Part shown: positions 23,770 to 38,500 of the stretch, piece after piece
Position numbering within the stretch: the stretch's first letter is position 1
How the letters are laid out: each line of letters starts with the position of its first letter
Assembly: GCA_964199315.1 (NCBI GenBank)
Contig: OZ116705.1
Span: 6,014,001-6,078,000 of the forward strand
Origin: Orbicella franksi
Taxonomy: Eukaryota
Direction of reading: 5' to 3'
Length of the DNA: 64,000 bases
Position numbers and translations under genes: made by a program
Notes under the pieces: model-generated
Databases searched by the model: none
Told to the model about the DNA's origin: nothing
The model's input: only the letters and a program-made list of their open reading frames with translations

Positions 23770-24957
23770 GAGGGTTCCCAATAGGTTTGGCGGGATGCGG
23801 GATTTGGCTTTTCTTCGCCGTGATATTTGGGATTTGAGCTGAAAACAGGGGCGAGAAGCGGGAATTACAATTACGAGTGGGAGCGGGATTTCATGTTTTT
23901 ATGGGGTTGGGATGCGGGACTCGCAAGGGGAACAGAGCGGGATACGGGATTTCAATTCCTACGTGACCTCATAAACTGTTATTGACCAGCGCAAAAACCA
24001 CAAGCTGGCAGAAACGAACCTTTTGTGCGTATAGCTGTGTCAGGTTTCAAGTAATGAATAGCAATTAACGGCTCTGTACCCTGTCAGGTTCTGTAAACGC
24101 ATGCATCATCGCTGGACTACGTTAGTATCATGAGACTGTATGAGGTCTTTGAGTCCTATTGCGACCATTTGTGTAGCCTGCCTAGCTTGGCGCTTTTTAA
24201 GCGGCGAAGCCGCACTATAACGAGCGCCAAAGCTGCGTTAAAAAAAAAAAAGGTTAAACCGCCAAGCTACGCGGGCTATCATTTGCGTTGACCCCTGACA
24301 TCAATGGCATCTGTCCATTCCGACATTTTCGATGTTTGGGTCTGTAATCCCCCCGATCCTTTCTCCTTTTTCTAGTCTTTCCACCTTTTCCGGAGCGCAT
24401 GGCTTGTTTTGGCCAGGATGGCCTCACCGAATGGCGGTAATAGTGATTTCCCGAACGAAGTATGCGGCATTATGAATTCCGTCACCATATATTACGAAAG
24501 GGATGTTCAAGCAGGAATACCTTCATTCGGAAAGAAAAGTTCTGAGCACAGATTTCAAGGAAAGTGAAGACGCTGAAAGCTTTAAAAGAAACTGTCAAGT
24601 GCGTTTATGGGCCATCTCTTGAATATGGGAATGAACAATCTTTTTCCTTCACTGATACGTGAACAAAAGAAAACAAAGCAATAAACCGTTTACAGAAAGA
24701 GACGTTAGAATCATTTGTGCTTACTTATCTGCTACCCATTGAATTTTTTTTTCATATTTTATGCGATATCTATTTTTAAAAAGTTTCTGTGTTAATAATT
24801 AAACTAATTATTAATGTAACAAATTAATCATTAACGCAGAAACGTCTTTGTAAAGTAGGCGGGATCGGGATTTCCAGGCTAAAAAGAGCGGGATGGCGGG
24901 ATTAACAGGAAAAAATGGGCGGGAAAGCGGGATCTGAGAGCCCTATTGTGGACCCTC
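23770..24957. mobile_element. Non-autonomous TIR element with many GCGGGA subterminal repeats
   Basis: GAGGGTTCCCAATAGG / CCTATTGTGGACCCTC ends, flanked on both sides by AGACAA. Confidence 0.7.
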
Positions 24958-27900
24958 AGACAACCCTCCTCCCGAGATTCAGTCGAGCTAACTCTTCACT
25001 TACAGTTGATGTGAGAGGAAAGACGTTACGTTTCTTACAGGACGTCAACCACGTGAATTCCAAGTGTCTTTCAGACGTGTCAAATACGCGCTTTAGAAAC
25101 GATCGCTACAACAAAACTTGCGACTTCAGCCGGTTTAGACAAAGTTTATTGAAGCGACGCGTTGAGACGTTGCATAGACGCTGCTGGTGTAGAGAGCGAT
25201 AACCAAAGTAGTTTCGTAAAACTAAGAAGTAAATATAACGAAAACTATAATTAGACTAACTAGAAAAAAGACTACGAAGCTTAGAAACAATTGTTCCGAG
25301 AGCAGAATGAACTATAAAATACAAAAGATGCAAAAACTTACCGGCTTCTGTGTCCGCTTGAGGAATTTCACGAGTGGTAAGTTAGAAACTTTAAGAAACT
25401 TGATGTTAACACGTTGAAAGGCTAATCCGAACTGGGACTTTTCCTGAACACGTTAGGAGTAATTCTAATTAATACAAAGGATAATAGCTTTCTTTGTTCT
25501 AAACATCGTACGTGGGTAAACATATCCTTGGACTAACCACAAAGACACGTAAAATAACAATACAAAGAAACTTCTAAAGGCTACAAAGGAAATGCAAAAA
25601 ATCATAAATATTTGCCAGCAACAGTTGAACCTTGATATAACGAATTCGAAGGGCCAAGGGACTGGCAAAATATAATCGCTGTATATAACGAGGTCTTGTT
25701 ATATCGCGGTTGTTTACCATAGAGTGCATGTATTTTGCTATTCCTGGGGAACTCCTGGGGCGAAGAATATCATTCGTTATATCGCGGACCTATTTATATA
25801 GTTCCGCTGAACTTTGAAAAATTCAACTGACCGTTTATGAGGATCGCGTCCCGGATTGGCGAGTTTTTCCGCCTCGGCCTCGGCAGGTAGGGTAGAACCT
25901 GGCAGACGGGACAACTTTTTCTCAGATAAACAGTTTGGCTCGAATACCCGAAATGTCACGCACTATTAGCTACCCAGCTATAAGGGTACAGAAATCTCAA
26001 TTTCACAAGGTTCTCTCGAGTTATCGCTTGATGTTACTAGCAAAGTTTTAGTGATCATGTCCCTTTTACTTCATTTTATTATACGGCTGAGAAGTCTGGG
26101 GCGTCTATGATAAAGATTTTTCCGCCCGGAAAAAGGATGAAATAAAATGAAAAACTCAAATTTACTTTTTGTAAACAAATTTTGGGTGAATTAGCAAGGT
26201 TGCCTCGATGTTGAAGCCAGAAACGAAACTGGCACATTGTCTTTGAAATCAGTCATAGATACGTCGATTATTATTTAGTTCTAGATTATATGAATTATTT
26301 CATATAAACTTCACATCATTTTAGTTCTAGATTACCAGAAAACAATATTTAGCCATTGAAAATGTGGTGGATAGCAAATACATGACCCACTATATCCATC
26401 TAGCACAAAACGGAGCGATCCACACTTAGATGAAGGTTGAAAATTACATGTCTCACCCCCGTACAAAAAGCATGACATTTTTTTGGTTGCATAATCCATC
26501 AAAGTCACTTTTGTGTATGAACTTGTGGCGGCATAATTTTGATTGATTTCCTAACAATGATACAAAAGCATCTACAAAAAAAATAATGTTTAAAGTCATG
26601 TTTGTAAACTCTTCAAAAAAACTTGACCATAAAAATTAAGGACACACTCTCCATCTGGCCTCGTTTCTAGTGGAACAGTGATCCATCTAGAAAAAGGCTG
26701 TAGTGAGTCCTGGGACTCACAGAACCAGTAAACTACTAGTCCCAGGCCCAAGACTATGAGTCCCAGACCCGTTAACATGAGTTCTGTACCCTTATGGATA
26801 AATAGCTTGTAGGCACAAGTTGGTTATTTGGTGTTCTTAGAGACCAGCACGTCGAAAGAGCAAAGCATTTTAAAAATTTCTGGACTGGGACAACTCGCTC
26901 ATTCCGTTAGATTTCTTAGCTTTCTTACAGATTTTACAATACATGAACACCAGCCAATTAAATGTGGCGATTGCCATTATAAAAAAGGATGACCCACCCC
27001 AAGGGCAGCTGAAAATTAAAAAACTTAGTGATTCGCTTGAGCTAGCTGTAGTTGCATTATTTCAGAGCAATCTTCGCCCTCTTGGGGAATGTTTCGTAAA
27101 AATACTTTATTGACCTCAGAGCTAAGCCAAGTTTGTTTTCGAACAAATTCGGAAGGGGCAATCGCCAAAAAAAAAAAAAAAAGAAAAAGACAAGTCCACA
27201 ATTTGGCTTTTGTGCGTGCGCCAAATTAAAATGTTGTACATGTTTGTGACTTATCTTCGAGAACTCTATCTTTTTGGTAAAAAAAAAAATGTTTTTACAG
27301 CAAAACTAAGGCCCATTTAGCGTCATGGTAGCCAAAAAACTGATTTAACGGTTAAAAACGGCATTTTTGGTGAATATTTGGGTGTTGAAGAGTTGATAGG
27401 TTCTTATTTTGCAGAGGTTGTCCTAGTGTAACTATTGGCGGAAATATTGTACAACTAATACATAATCGTTTAGCACTTGCATTTTTAACAACAAATTAAA
27501 AATGCTTGCCCTGTTTGAAAAGAAAACATATACACAATAACTTTTTGTCAGAAATTTCTCACAATTAAAATCCAGAATTTAGGCCATCAAAACTGGAGTG
27601 ATTTTTCTGTATAAGAACCTATATACTTTTCTTTGCCAGGCTAAACAAGTTCTTATATTTTTGGATATTTAAATGCCAAATTTCAGCCTGTAGTTTCTTA
27701 AATCAATAGGTTCTTCTCCGGGGTTCTCATATGCGCGGTTTTACCGTATCACTGGATTTGAACACCATTTTCCTTCTCAAAATTGTGGAATACTGAATAC
27801 AAATTCTGTAAAATATTTGCTCCTGTCGCGATGACTTTCTGACAAATGTATTCTTCTGACTTGAAAAAAAGCTTAGAGGCCTCAAAGTCACTCGACTTTT

Positions 27901-29312
27901 TCACTTCGTGTCTCATTCATTCCCGCTCCTCTTCGAGGTTGTTTAACCGGTGAAAACAGGTTTTCAATGGACGTCACTCTCGCGTCAGGTGTTACACTCG
28001 CATGCATTTCAACTCATTCCGATCGACACTCTGATAAATGTAACAAAAAGAAACAGAACCAATTTCATTGCCCTTAATTAACATTATACACCTAAAATCT
28101 ACACGTATTAGATAAAAAATTGTATATAGTGTTTGTCTGGCATTGCTATAAAGCTGGAATTTTTTCCCCATCAACTTAACGTGAGGCAGTCAGTAAGAGT
28201 TAACCCCAGTGTTGCCAGTTAAAGAAATTAATTATAACTTCTAATTGTAGCCAAAGAGAAGCGACTTTTTTTTTCATATAAAAAATGCTACAAATTTATA
28301 AATATCCTTACAGAGTTAACTTGTTAATCAAATTTTAAATCCATGGTTTCTAATAGCAGCCTTCCAGTTACTTCTTCCTTTCCTAAGCGAAAAGCGACAA
28401 AGCCTTTCATTGTGACAAGATCATGTCGATTTTGTTTTAACACTTGACATATGCTTGAACGCAACTTAACTATAACTACCCTGAGTTTGAAACGTGACTG
28501 CATTGGTCCTAGTTTACTGACTATGTAAAATTTCGTCATGACGTTTAGACCTTTTTCGACCTAGTTGTTGTAAATAATACCCTGATAAGTTATTCCTGTT
28601 GGTGGGATAAGCCACCCACGGAATTAAAGGAGCTCAGTCACGGTATTTCGAGTTGTTCTGGCCACGTACAAAATTAACTTTAAATTGAAGGAAATAATAG
28701 TTTACTAGGACAGAAATACACCAAAGAAAAAATAATAAACCTTAAAGGAACAAGGATGATTAAAGGTGGAGAAGACTGACACGGGTTACAAACGACGAAC
28801 TTGAAAAAATTTAGCCTATACGTTTCATAATGCGCAAACCGTGACTTAGCTACTTTGCCAAACCAATGGATATGAATATGTTATGTACGTTTGATTTCTC
28901 TTTCTCCTTATTTCCGTTGCTGTCAAAACAAAGTATCCGCTGAGCATTATCACGTGACCATATCAAGGGCCCAAGTTTAGAGCTCATCGAGGTCACGTGG
29001 TTTTTTGAAGTTGGCCGATAACCAAATACTGGGTTTCGATTGGATCGCGGACTCAAGCGAGGTTGAGGTTATTCAATCTCAAAAGAGAAGGCCAAACAAT
29101 ATTAACAGAAAACCTCACCACAAAGTTACAAAACTCAAATCAAATTTCTCGCTTATCCTGGGTTAGCTTAATCGGGCTTTGAACAAACCGGAACAGGAAC
29201 TCCACTTTTAGGCTTGGCTAAATCTATAATTTACATTTTGTGTGCAACGGTATTACATTTTAAATAACAATTATATTCTGTGGCGTAACAATGTGAAGAA
29301 ATATTTCGCCTA

Positions 29313-29593
29313 CTATTGCACAGTTATAAGGTATTCTGGATAACACTGATTGTCGTAAAATACAACAAAAATAGATGGGTCTACTTGATTATCAACCACT
29401 GATTCATACAATATCTCTGGTCTTAAAGGGTTCTTTGGGGGAGGCACTATCATTGCAGGGTTGCCTACACAATACTGCCCGACCAGGACCCGGGCAAGGT
29501 ACATGTAGCGGCCCCCGGCATCTCCTATCCTTGCGTAACAAAGTGAGTAAGAGGCGTCTCTCGCAAAATAAGTACCTTGTCCAAATCTAGTTC
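29313..29593 (-). CDS. PARP14: Copy B last exon, ART C-terminal half
   Basis: GTRFGQGTYFARDASYS...PSIFVVFYDNQCYPEYLITVQ*. Confidence 0.9.
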
Positions 29594-32500
29594 CTGAAAA
29601 TAAACACAATGTGTTAGTGAGGGGAAGGATCCCAACAAATAACAGCATTACAGTCGAACCTCCCTAATACGGACACCTAAAGGAAAGAGCGAAGTGTCCG
29701 TGTTAGAGAGGTGTTTGTATTGGAGAGGTCACTATGATGAAGTCACTCACTCTGATAGTTTAGAGCGTTAAGTAAATAAAATCGGGCCCAAAAGTGAGTG
29801 TCTTGTGAATATCTTAATCAATGTGTCAATGTTTGTGTAACCGCCCACGGGAAATGGCACATACCGCAAGTTATCGACACCTGGTGCCCGGAGTGTCCGT
29901 AATAAAGAGGTTGAATTTATATGAATTTGCGCCCTATGGCTGAGATTTGGCGTCCGTTTTCGGTTTTAGAGAGGGTCCGCATTGTAGAGGTTTCTTTTTA
30001 GAGGAAATGTGTGAGAATTTTGTCGGTACATAGGAAACTGTCCGTATTAGAGAGGTGTCCGTATGGAGAGGTTCGATTGTGACAAATGAATAAAAACTAA
30101 AGCTTAATTTAATACGATCAGAAAAAAGTAGGTACGATCAGATAGAATGGATATTTCTGTAATTCTCCCACTTGAAATACGTGGCCCCAAGAAAATAAAG
30201 AGGGAGAGAACAGGTCTCCCATTTGTGACCTTTTCCAATTAAAATTATTTCAATCCATTGTCAGTTGTGTCTCAAATTGTATGGCTATCTCAACATCGAC
30301 ACCTGACTGAGAATGTACACTGGCATGTTACTGTTTCTTTTAAGGGGTGACCGCGCGGTTGTAGTAACGAACAAAAACAACCCGGTGCGAGCTCTAAATA
30401 GCTTTTAAAAAATGGTATATGGGGATTCTGTCATTATTTTCTCTCTTTCACATGCAATAATGGATTGCGCAATGCTGAGAGCGCTAGCCTTCCATCATTG
30501 TGGTCCTTGTTAAAATTCTAGACCCGCTGAGGTTTTTTCTCCAGCTGGTCTGTTCTTCTCCTTTACCCCAAATTGTAATTAGATTTAGATGCACGACCTC
30601 AGATAAATTGCAAATCTCGCTCTATCATATGTAACTGTTACTTTCGTTACACAAACCCTCTCACCTTCCAAAGCAATAGTGTAACCACTTACCATGGGCC
30701 CCACATAAGCTTCTGTTAAATCCTTGAGTGTTGATGTGGCTGACATTTTTAGCGTCGGTTCCATGAAACAACTGCCGTTCACTATTCCCACCAATGTCTT
30801 TGTCCATCTTTTGTTTTCTTACCATGTAACACTGGTACAGATGAGGATTCTGAATTCGTTCTATTTTCTGAATATTTACTCCACCAGCGGTAGCCTGGAA
30901 CTTGCGCGTGACGTCTCTATACTCAGGGGAATTTTTCGAGAGTGGAACCAGGTGCACTGTCATGTCATCTTTTGGCATTTTCGCCCAGTGTTTCGGAAGA
31001 GGAATTCCTGAAGACAGAAATGAGTGCTCGTTTATCTTAATGCAGTGTATATCAAAATGGAAAAAGAGAAAACCATCACTTATTTTTTCAACTGATGAAG
31101 AACTGAGGTTGTTTCGTTTCGTCAAGGAAACCGTTCAAGAATTCTTAAATGGACGTGGGAAAACTTACAAAAATTGCGCGGCGCTGGTAGATATGCATAT
31201 TTTCAGCTAAATCTCTAGCAGGAGCCGCCTTTGAATGGAAAATCATGGACACTACTTTAGTCCAACAACTTGAAAAATATTGGGCAGTAGTAGAGCAATC
31301 TGATTGGTTGATTTTAGTTATTGGACCTCTGTATTAACCAATTAAAAGGGATTATTAAGAGGAGTTATGGTAACAGCGTTTCTCACATAACTACCTGATG
31401 CCGTACTGTGACTAACCTTCCTCTGCTTCCTTAACCTTTCTCTTCAGTGTAATTTGTTCACCGGTTCGTTGTCCGCGGCCGGTTTTTGCCTTCAAATCGA
31501 TAACAAACTGCTCTCCACGTAAAGATACTTTAACTCTGGACGCAGCTTTGCTGTACGCAATCTCAATCTTTGCTTTTGCTCTGGGATGGAAAACCTTTTT
31601 ACTACCGCGTATTTTGTAACTCCATTCTATGTTCCTTGCCACCATCTGCGCCTGTTCTTCTTCCTGGTTCTTCTTTATTCTCTCGCTAATCTCTTTCCAG
31701 ATCTCCCCGACCATGCCGGACACATCGGTCGGTTGACCCCGCAAGACAATGCGATCAACATCAGTCTCAACTTCAAGTTTGACGTCACGGTCCTCGGCTT
31801 TTCTTCTCAGTCTGACAATCTGTTTATGAGAAAGTTGACTAACAACCTCATTTTCGACTTTTTCCGTGATACAAGCTTCAGAGAAACCTCTCTTCAAAAA
31901 TTCCACGGCCTTGTCCACGGCTGCATTTTTCTTGCCGAGGACAAAAATTCGCACAGAGAGCTCTTGACTCGCTCGGTGCGCTTGTCTCCTTTCACGCTTT
32001 CCTAGCTGGCCAGTATCTGTAGCATTTAATATTGAGTCTAAATTTGTTGAGACTGATCGGTACCTTCTAAGTCCTCGAAGTTTGGAACGAATACTCTTGT
32101 ATAGCCCTCTCGCAGTGTAGGCAGGACTGCGGGATTTGCGCTTGACTTTCAATTTGTCCATCTCTTGTTTGAAGGCGTCATTTAATGCCTGATCTTGCTC
32201 GAACACAATAAATCGGATATCGTGCACTTTAGACCCAGGGTTTGCTCCGCAAAAGCTGATCGTTTCTTCTAACATGATTCTCGAGGCTGCATCCCGTGGG
32301 AAGCTGAGGTTTCCAGTTCCTATGACAGGAAATGCAATGGACTTCACTCCAAGCTCTTCACCCTTCTGCAGACACTTTTGGACGATGGCCCGTAGAGACT
32401 GAAACAAAAGGGAAAATTTGTAAGAGTGGACTTGAAAGGTGGACCATATGATAAGTATTGTGCGAGTAGTCCACTAATAGCTATATATCTTTGCTCTTAC

Positions 32501-35500
32501 TGATTCTACAGAATAATACGGGAAGTGAGTCGCAACTGACAGAGACGTCTAACTAGTTGTCATCTTGAAGTTTACAAAGTTGAATTAACCCACCAGTCAG
32601 TTTGTTGCGTTAGCCGTTCGTCGGAGCAAAGTGGGTGATTGTGTTTTGTATGTGGTGTGTTGATTTTTTGCGAAGGAAGAAAAAGCGGAGATCCCTAAGA
32701 AAAACTACAGGACGGGGCCAAGACGAGAACCTTCAAGAAAAACTCAACACACATGGAATTCCTACATGGGCCACATTGGTGGGAGGCTAGCGCTCTGGCA
32801 ACTGTGCCACCCCTACTCATCCACCGTTGTGAAGCATCAGTTCAAGGTAGGAAGAAAAATACGCTTACCGCCTCCCCTTTGCCATCGTTCCATTGGCCAC
32901 AGTAAGTGTTGATCACGTGATTCGCCAATGGAAAACCAGGAGAGACAGCACTGTCTCCAGCGTTTGGAGGTGTCATTAGAGAAACACCCGCCTTTGTAAT
33001 CGCTTGAGAGGTTGCTCCGACCGAACAGACCAGTGCATCAGCCTGCCGTTTAAAACAAAACTTCAGGTTAAAATTGCAAAGTACCAAGTAAAGGATAGCA
33101 AAACAACGACAGCTAAGATAGAGAAACACCAAAGAGATAAAAATACACCGGCCATAAAGGTATAAGGATTTGTAAGGATTAAGGATTAACACGGATTACA
33201 AACGACGAACTTGAAAAATGTGGGCTTAACTTTTCAAGAAGCATAAACCGTGACGTAGTTCCTTTAATTTGAAGCTCATGTTGCTTATTGAGAGTGAACA
33301 GCCGGGTCTAATTCTAAACGGACTTAAACTGTGTGATAGTAGAGCAGAATCATAACAGACAATTTAGACATAATGGGTCCTCTAACTGCATTTACACCCG
33401 CTTTCAGTGTTACGTGCATAGGATGTCGCCTATGCACGTAACACTGGAAGCAGGTGTAAATGTCTTTAATCTGATTGATAGTTTAGTTGAAATGACCGAT
33501 TTGTAATTGAAAACCAATCAAAAGTAGTATACCGATAATTGAGCACAGTATCAGGAACTGAATACACAGGTTTGCTCAACACTCACCTTCTCCGTCTCAA
33601 TCATTCCAGTTCTCCACGATATTTTGTGGTGGCCTTTAGTCATAATCAAGGTGAACGGATCAGTCCCGTTATCAGCATGCTCATCTTCGTCGTCATCGCC
33701 ATTACTACCACCACTACCGCCACCATCATCATCTTGTTCATCGTCATCATCAACATCAACATCAACATCTTCATCTTCATCATCAAAATCATCATCATCA
33801 TCATCATCACCATCAGCAGCAGCGCTGTCAGCTGCAGCAGCATCAGCATCAGCACCACCATCATCATCAACAGCAGCAGCAGCACCACCACCACCACCAG
33901 CACCGCCATCAGCAGCAGTATCATCATTAGCAGCAGCAGCAGCAGCAGCTCCACCATCACCATCACCAAAACCATCGCCGTCGCCATCCTTATCATCATC
34001 ATTTTCATCTAGGCTTTGGCCAAAATTCATCTGCACTTGTATCGCACAGTTTTGATCCTTTTCCACTAATTTCACAAGACGATCTCCTTTTCCACTGTCA
34101 AAGTACCTCCGGAGGCCTGGCTGTTTCACATCAAAATGTTTTGACACGGTATCTTCTTCGAGAGCGTCAAGCTGTCTCTTCACATCAGTCAAGCTTTTTC
34201 TGTTTCCAGAAATGTCAAAATCATCGTCTCCTTTTCCTTTTTTAATTTTCACTTCAAAATCTTTCAGTTGGTTTTCAATGGAGCGTAAATCTTCCTGAAG
34301 AAACTCGTCAAGATACTTTCTGACAATCGGAGATGAACATACAAACTGTTCTTCCCTGATGCAGTTGTTTTCCAAGAACGTGTTAAGCTTCTTCATCACT
34401 TCTTTGACCTCATCCTGGAACCCAGCGACGAAAATGTCATTCCAGTTGTTCCGATGGATACGGACAGCTGTTTCGGCGTTGATTTCGTCACACAACTCAC
34501 GCCATTCTGGAGTTTTTAACAAACATTCGCTCTTATCATTCACTTGGACTTTTTCGTTTAACGTCAACTTGTTCACCAGCCTCTCGGCCTCGTCCCAGTG
34601 TGCAGCTGACGTGCTCACAATTCTGGCACCGGAGCCGTTGTCAATGACGAACACTGCCTCCACATTGTTCTTTTCCAACTCACTTTTCACTTTCCTTAAC
34701 CCTTCGTCCGAGCCCAAAACTTCCAAGATGATGTCGGATAGAGTCAAATTCTTTTCAACCATGTACGACATTTGTTTGAGGAACTTCGTCGTTGCTTCAG
34801 TAAACTGTGACTCGGGACCTTCGAAATATATTTCTTCTCCTTTAGTATCTAGCTTTATCTCCAGTTCCCTGTTCTTCTCTTGAAGTTTCTCCACAAACTT
34901 GATCTTCTCCAGCAGAATTAAGTGTTCTTTTGGAACATTAGGAACGTTTTTCTTCAGGTAGGTTTTTCTGGTTTCCTCCCGGTATATCTCTTCCAATTTA
35001 GATCTCAACTTTTCCTCATAATCCTTTGCAGCTGTGCTCAAGGAAACAATTCTAACAACAAATGAATCATCGATAAGTTTGACCAGCGGAGGATATACTC
35101 CCAGGCGGGCGCGAATACTGGACAACTGTGCCACCACCGCTCTCCAGGAATCCTTCTTGACTTGAACGTCGCGCTTTGTAAATTTACTGAGGTAATTTTG
35201 TACTTCATCAATGCACTCGGACTGCCACGAATCACTGTCGTCTCCTCCCTGGTACACTATTACAGCTATTTTTGTGTTTGTTTTCCAGGTAATTTCACAT
35301 TTCTTTGCGGCCAGGAATTTGCTCAGTTGGTCGCGAAATGCTGAATTGGTGACGAATTCCATTACATCCGGGTCTACAGCTATGTGTAGTTTTTGTCCTT
35401 CCAGTTTGGGCCGCTGGCTCACTCGAGCTTTATCGGCGCCACCGGTGGTAGTTCCCAGTCCATCTGAATCATCTGGCTCGTCGCCTTCCTCGCTTTCTAG

Positions 35501-38500
35501 AAACTCATGGTAAATTCTGACTGACAGTTTCGCTTGGTTTAAGACATGTGGTTTTTCTTTCTGCCTAGCTAACACTCCTTTTATATCTGTGAACGAAAAA
35601 ATAAAACAGAACAGTTATACCGTGCGTAGAATCTTTTCTTTGGGGAGAATTTCAGTGTGGCTATCCCATGGCCAAGGGTATCCTCTCTTAAAGGGGCTCA
35701 GTCACGCTATCTTGAGTTATTTTGGCCACATACAAATTTACCTTTAAATGGTAGGAAACCTGAAAATAACAGTTTAATAACATAGAAAAACACCAAAGAC
35801 ATAATAATAAACCATAAAGGAACAAGGATGGCTACGGATGGCGAAGATTAACACGGATTACAAACGACGAATTTGAAAAATTGAGGCTAAACTTTTCAAT
35901 ATGCGCAGACCGTGACTGAGGTCCTTTAAGAACTGTTCACAAAAGATAGCCGAACAGCAGCCATAGGTTAGAATAGGACATCCCGAGTTGCCTTTTGCCT
36001 CTGTTTCAAAACAAGTCCTCGCGCAAAACGTTTCTTATGAAAATGAGTTTGATTTGCATGAAAATGAACTTATAGATGAAACGCTTTTTCATAACAATGG
36101 CTTCGCACGAAGACTCGTTTTGAAACAGAGGCAAAGAGCAACTCGGAAATGGCCTATTGTGTTACAAACCTTTTGGATCTTGAAACACAACCACAGCTCT
36201 ACCACCTTTTGGTAGAAATTCTACTCTCTCCACAGGACCCCCACCGTATCTTGGACTTTCAAAGTACAGTTCAATGGCGTCATGGGTGGTATCATCTGAA
36301 ATACCGCTGACAACAATGCTTGTACAGACAGGAACTTGCTCGATTGTAACCTTAGCTGAATCCACGCCTCTTTCTGCGCATTTGGTCTTGATTTTACTGA
36401 AATCTAAGCGATAAAACAATCATTATCAGAATGAAAATGAATGAAAACACATGGAAATTCATGTCGCCTTCCCATATAAAAACCAAGCTAATTTACACTA
36501 CAGCTACATTTGTAAGAAGAAAATGCAAACCAACTTCAGAAAACTCATTCACTATAATAACATAAAAATTGCTAAGAAGCGCTCCACCCCCCCTCCCCCC
36601 CTCACCCTGTATAATACTTAGCAATTATTCACCGTGGTGGAGGTGAATAGGTGGTGGATAATTACCCATCCCTGAAATTATGAATACCTAGCGGACACTA
36701 ATTTCCTCTTTAGTAACCGAAGCAAAACGGAAGCCATTTTTTATTTCTCTTCGGCTTTTCGGAGATGAATACTTTACTAATCTCGTCCGAGTAGACCACT
36801 CAGAACCCATGAATAGCATACATATATAGTATGCACAAACATACTTATTATAAGTGCTACATGTATTCAGAAACACAATTTTTCTTGTCCTGACGTGGGC
36901 TGCGGACAGTGGACACAAGCCGAAGGAGCAAAATTTTCTTCCCACATTTACTGTAAAATAAACCTGCATTCAGCGGACACCTCTGTTAAGCGGACGCGGA
37001 CACCAAAAATGTTAAGAAATTTTGTTGCACAAACTTGCAATAAACGGACACTTGAAGGGCTTTTTACTTCTACAAGCTCAGCTGATGCCACACTCCTTTA
37101 ACATTGCTCATCGATGTCGTTTTAAAGCTAATTGATTATTCCAGGTTGACGCATTGATTGACTGGACATTGTACTACGCTAGTCTTTGGTTTTGCACTGT
37201 GTTACAAAAGAGTTAATAATTTAGTATTATTGCACAACATATCAGAACCTGTTTGGAGCGGACACCCTGTATTAAGCGGACATTAATGAGGGTCCCAAAG
37301 ATGTCCGCATAATCCAGGTATACGTTTCACTGTATACAAGTTAGTGTGTCGAAAACTAATGCAAACTATGTATTTCCGTATTATTAAGATAGAAGAACTC
37401 TTGGGAGCAATTAAGTGCCCACTACAGGGTTTGACATTGGCTGTAGATACTCTACTGCCGCGAGAACCAACACCAGACAAAACCAACAATGCTTTGGCCC
37501 GTCACGCAGGCGTCTTGCCTGCGATTCCAATACCTGGTACAAGGCCAGGGCTTAAGAAAAATTGGTATATAACGGGCTGAAATAAGCTGACAGTAAGAGA
37601 GATACCGGTTCAAGAGAGATTTGTCAACCTCCAAAAAAACCGTGAAGTCACACCTTAACTTGACTTACCTGTTATGTCATTGGCCAATGTGATCAGAGCT
37701 TTGTCGTTTCTCCGCAGTACGTCCTCCACCTCTCCACCGCTCATAGCCTCGATGAAGTTTACCAAGCAGTCTTCGGTCGTCAACGCACTCAGCCCACTAA
37801 CGAGTAACTGATTCTGTTGAAATCGAGATTGTTCTTTTGCTTCAGCCTGCCAAGCACTCTGATCTCCTCTCTCCGTGAAACTTGACAAGCTCTGCGCACG
37901 CTTCATTCCTCCCTGACCACGCCCTCTGTTACTGCGTCTCCTTGGATCATCTCCCACAAAAGGACCTCCTAGAGAGTCGTCACAGGTGCTGTGTCTCTTC
38001 AGATTACTGTCAACGACGTGAGACGAGAACAATTGTGCGGCCTTTCCTTCATGAAGCTCCCTCTTTCCTTGATACTGTTGGCTTCCTCTTCCCCCTGGAA
38101 GACGCTGCCTTTGAGAGAACGGAGACCGATTATCGCGATACAAAACCTGATCGACATCCTGGAAACCTTCTCCAGGTGTCTGACAACTCCTGCCTCTTCC
38201 CCTGCCTCGACCCCTGTTCTTTGTTTTCGGTTTCGGGGGATGTCCTCGGCCAACGCCCCCTCCCTGAGACACTCCCATGTCATTGTCTTTGAATCCTTGA
38301 TTGTTGCTTTGGCCCTGTGCAAAACTGCCTCTTGGACCTTCCCTTGGCACTCCTCTTGGCTCTCCCCCGAATACTCCACTTGGTCTCCTGTTCTGGCCTC
38401 GATTACTTTGGTAACCGCCATTTTGTTCCAAATTGCAATCGCCAAAGCTATCTGTTGTCAAGTTACGTAATTCTTTGACTTCCCCTTGTTCCTTGGGCAA

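Noticed and set aside
26596-26778. 60-aa ORF with hydrophobic N-terminus (MLTGLGLIVLGLGLVVYWF)
   Set aside because: No splice partner or recognisable domain; hydrophobicity arises from short ctggga/tcccag repeats.
33539-34055. Long Ile-rich, Ser/Ala-rich and Met/Leu-rich ORFs in other frames (also 62011-62446, 7112-7316, 16197-16676)
   Set aside because: Shadow frames of the coding GAT/GCT/GGT trinucleotide tracts; no independent coding signal.
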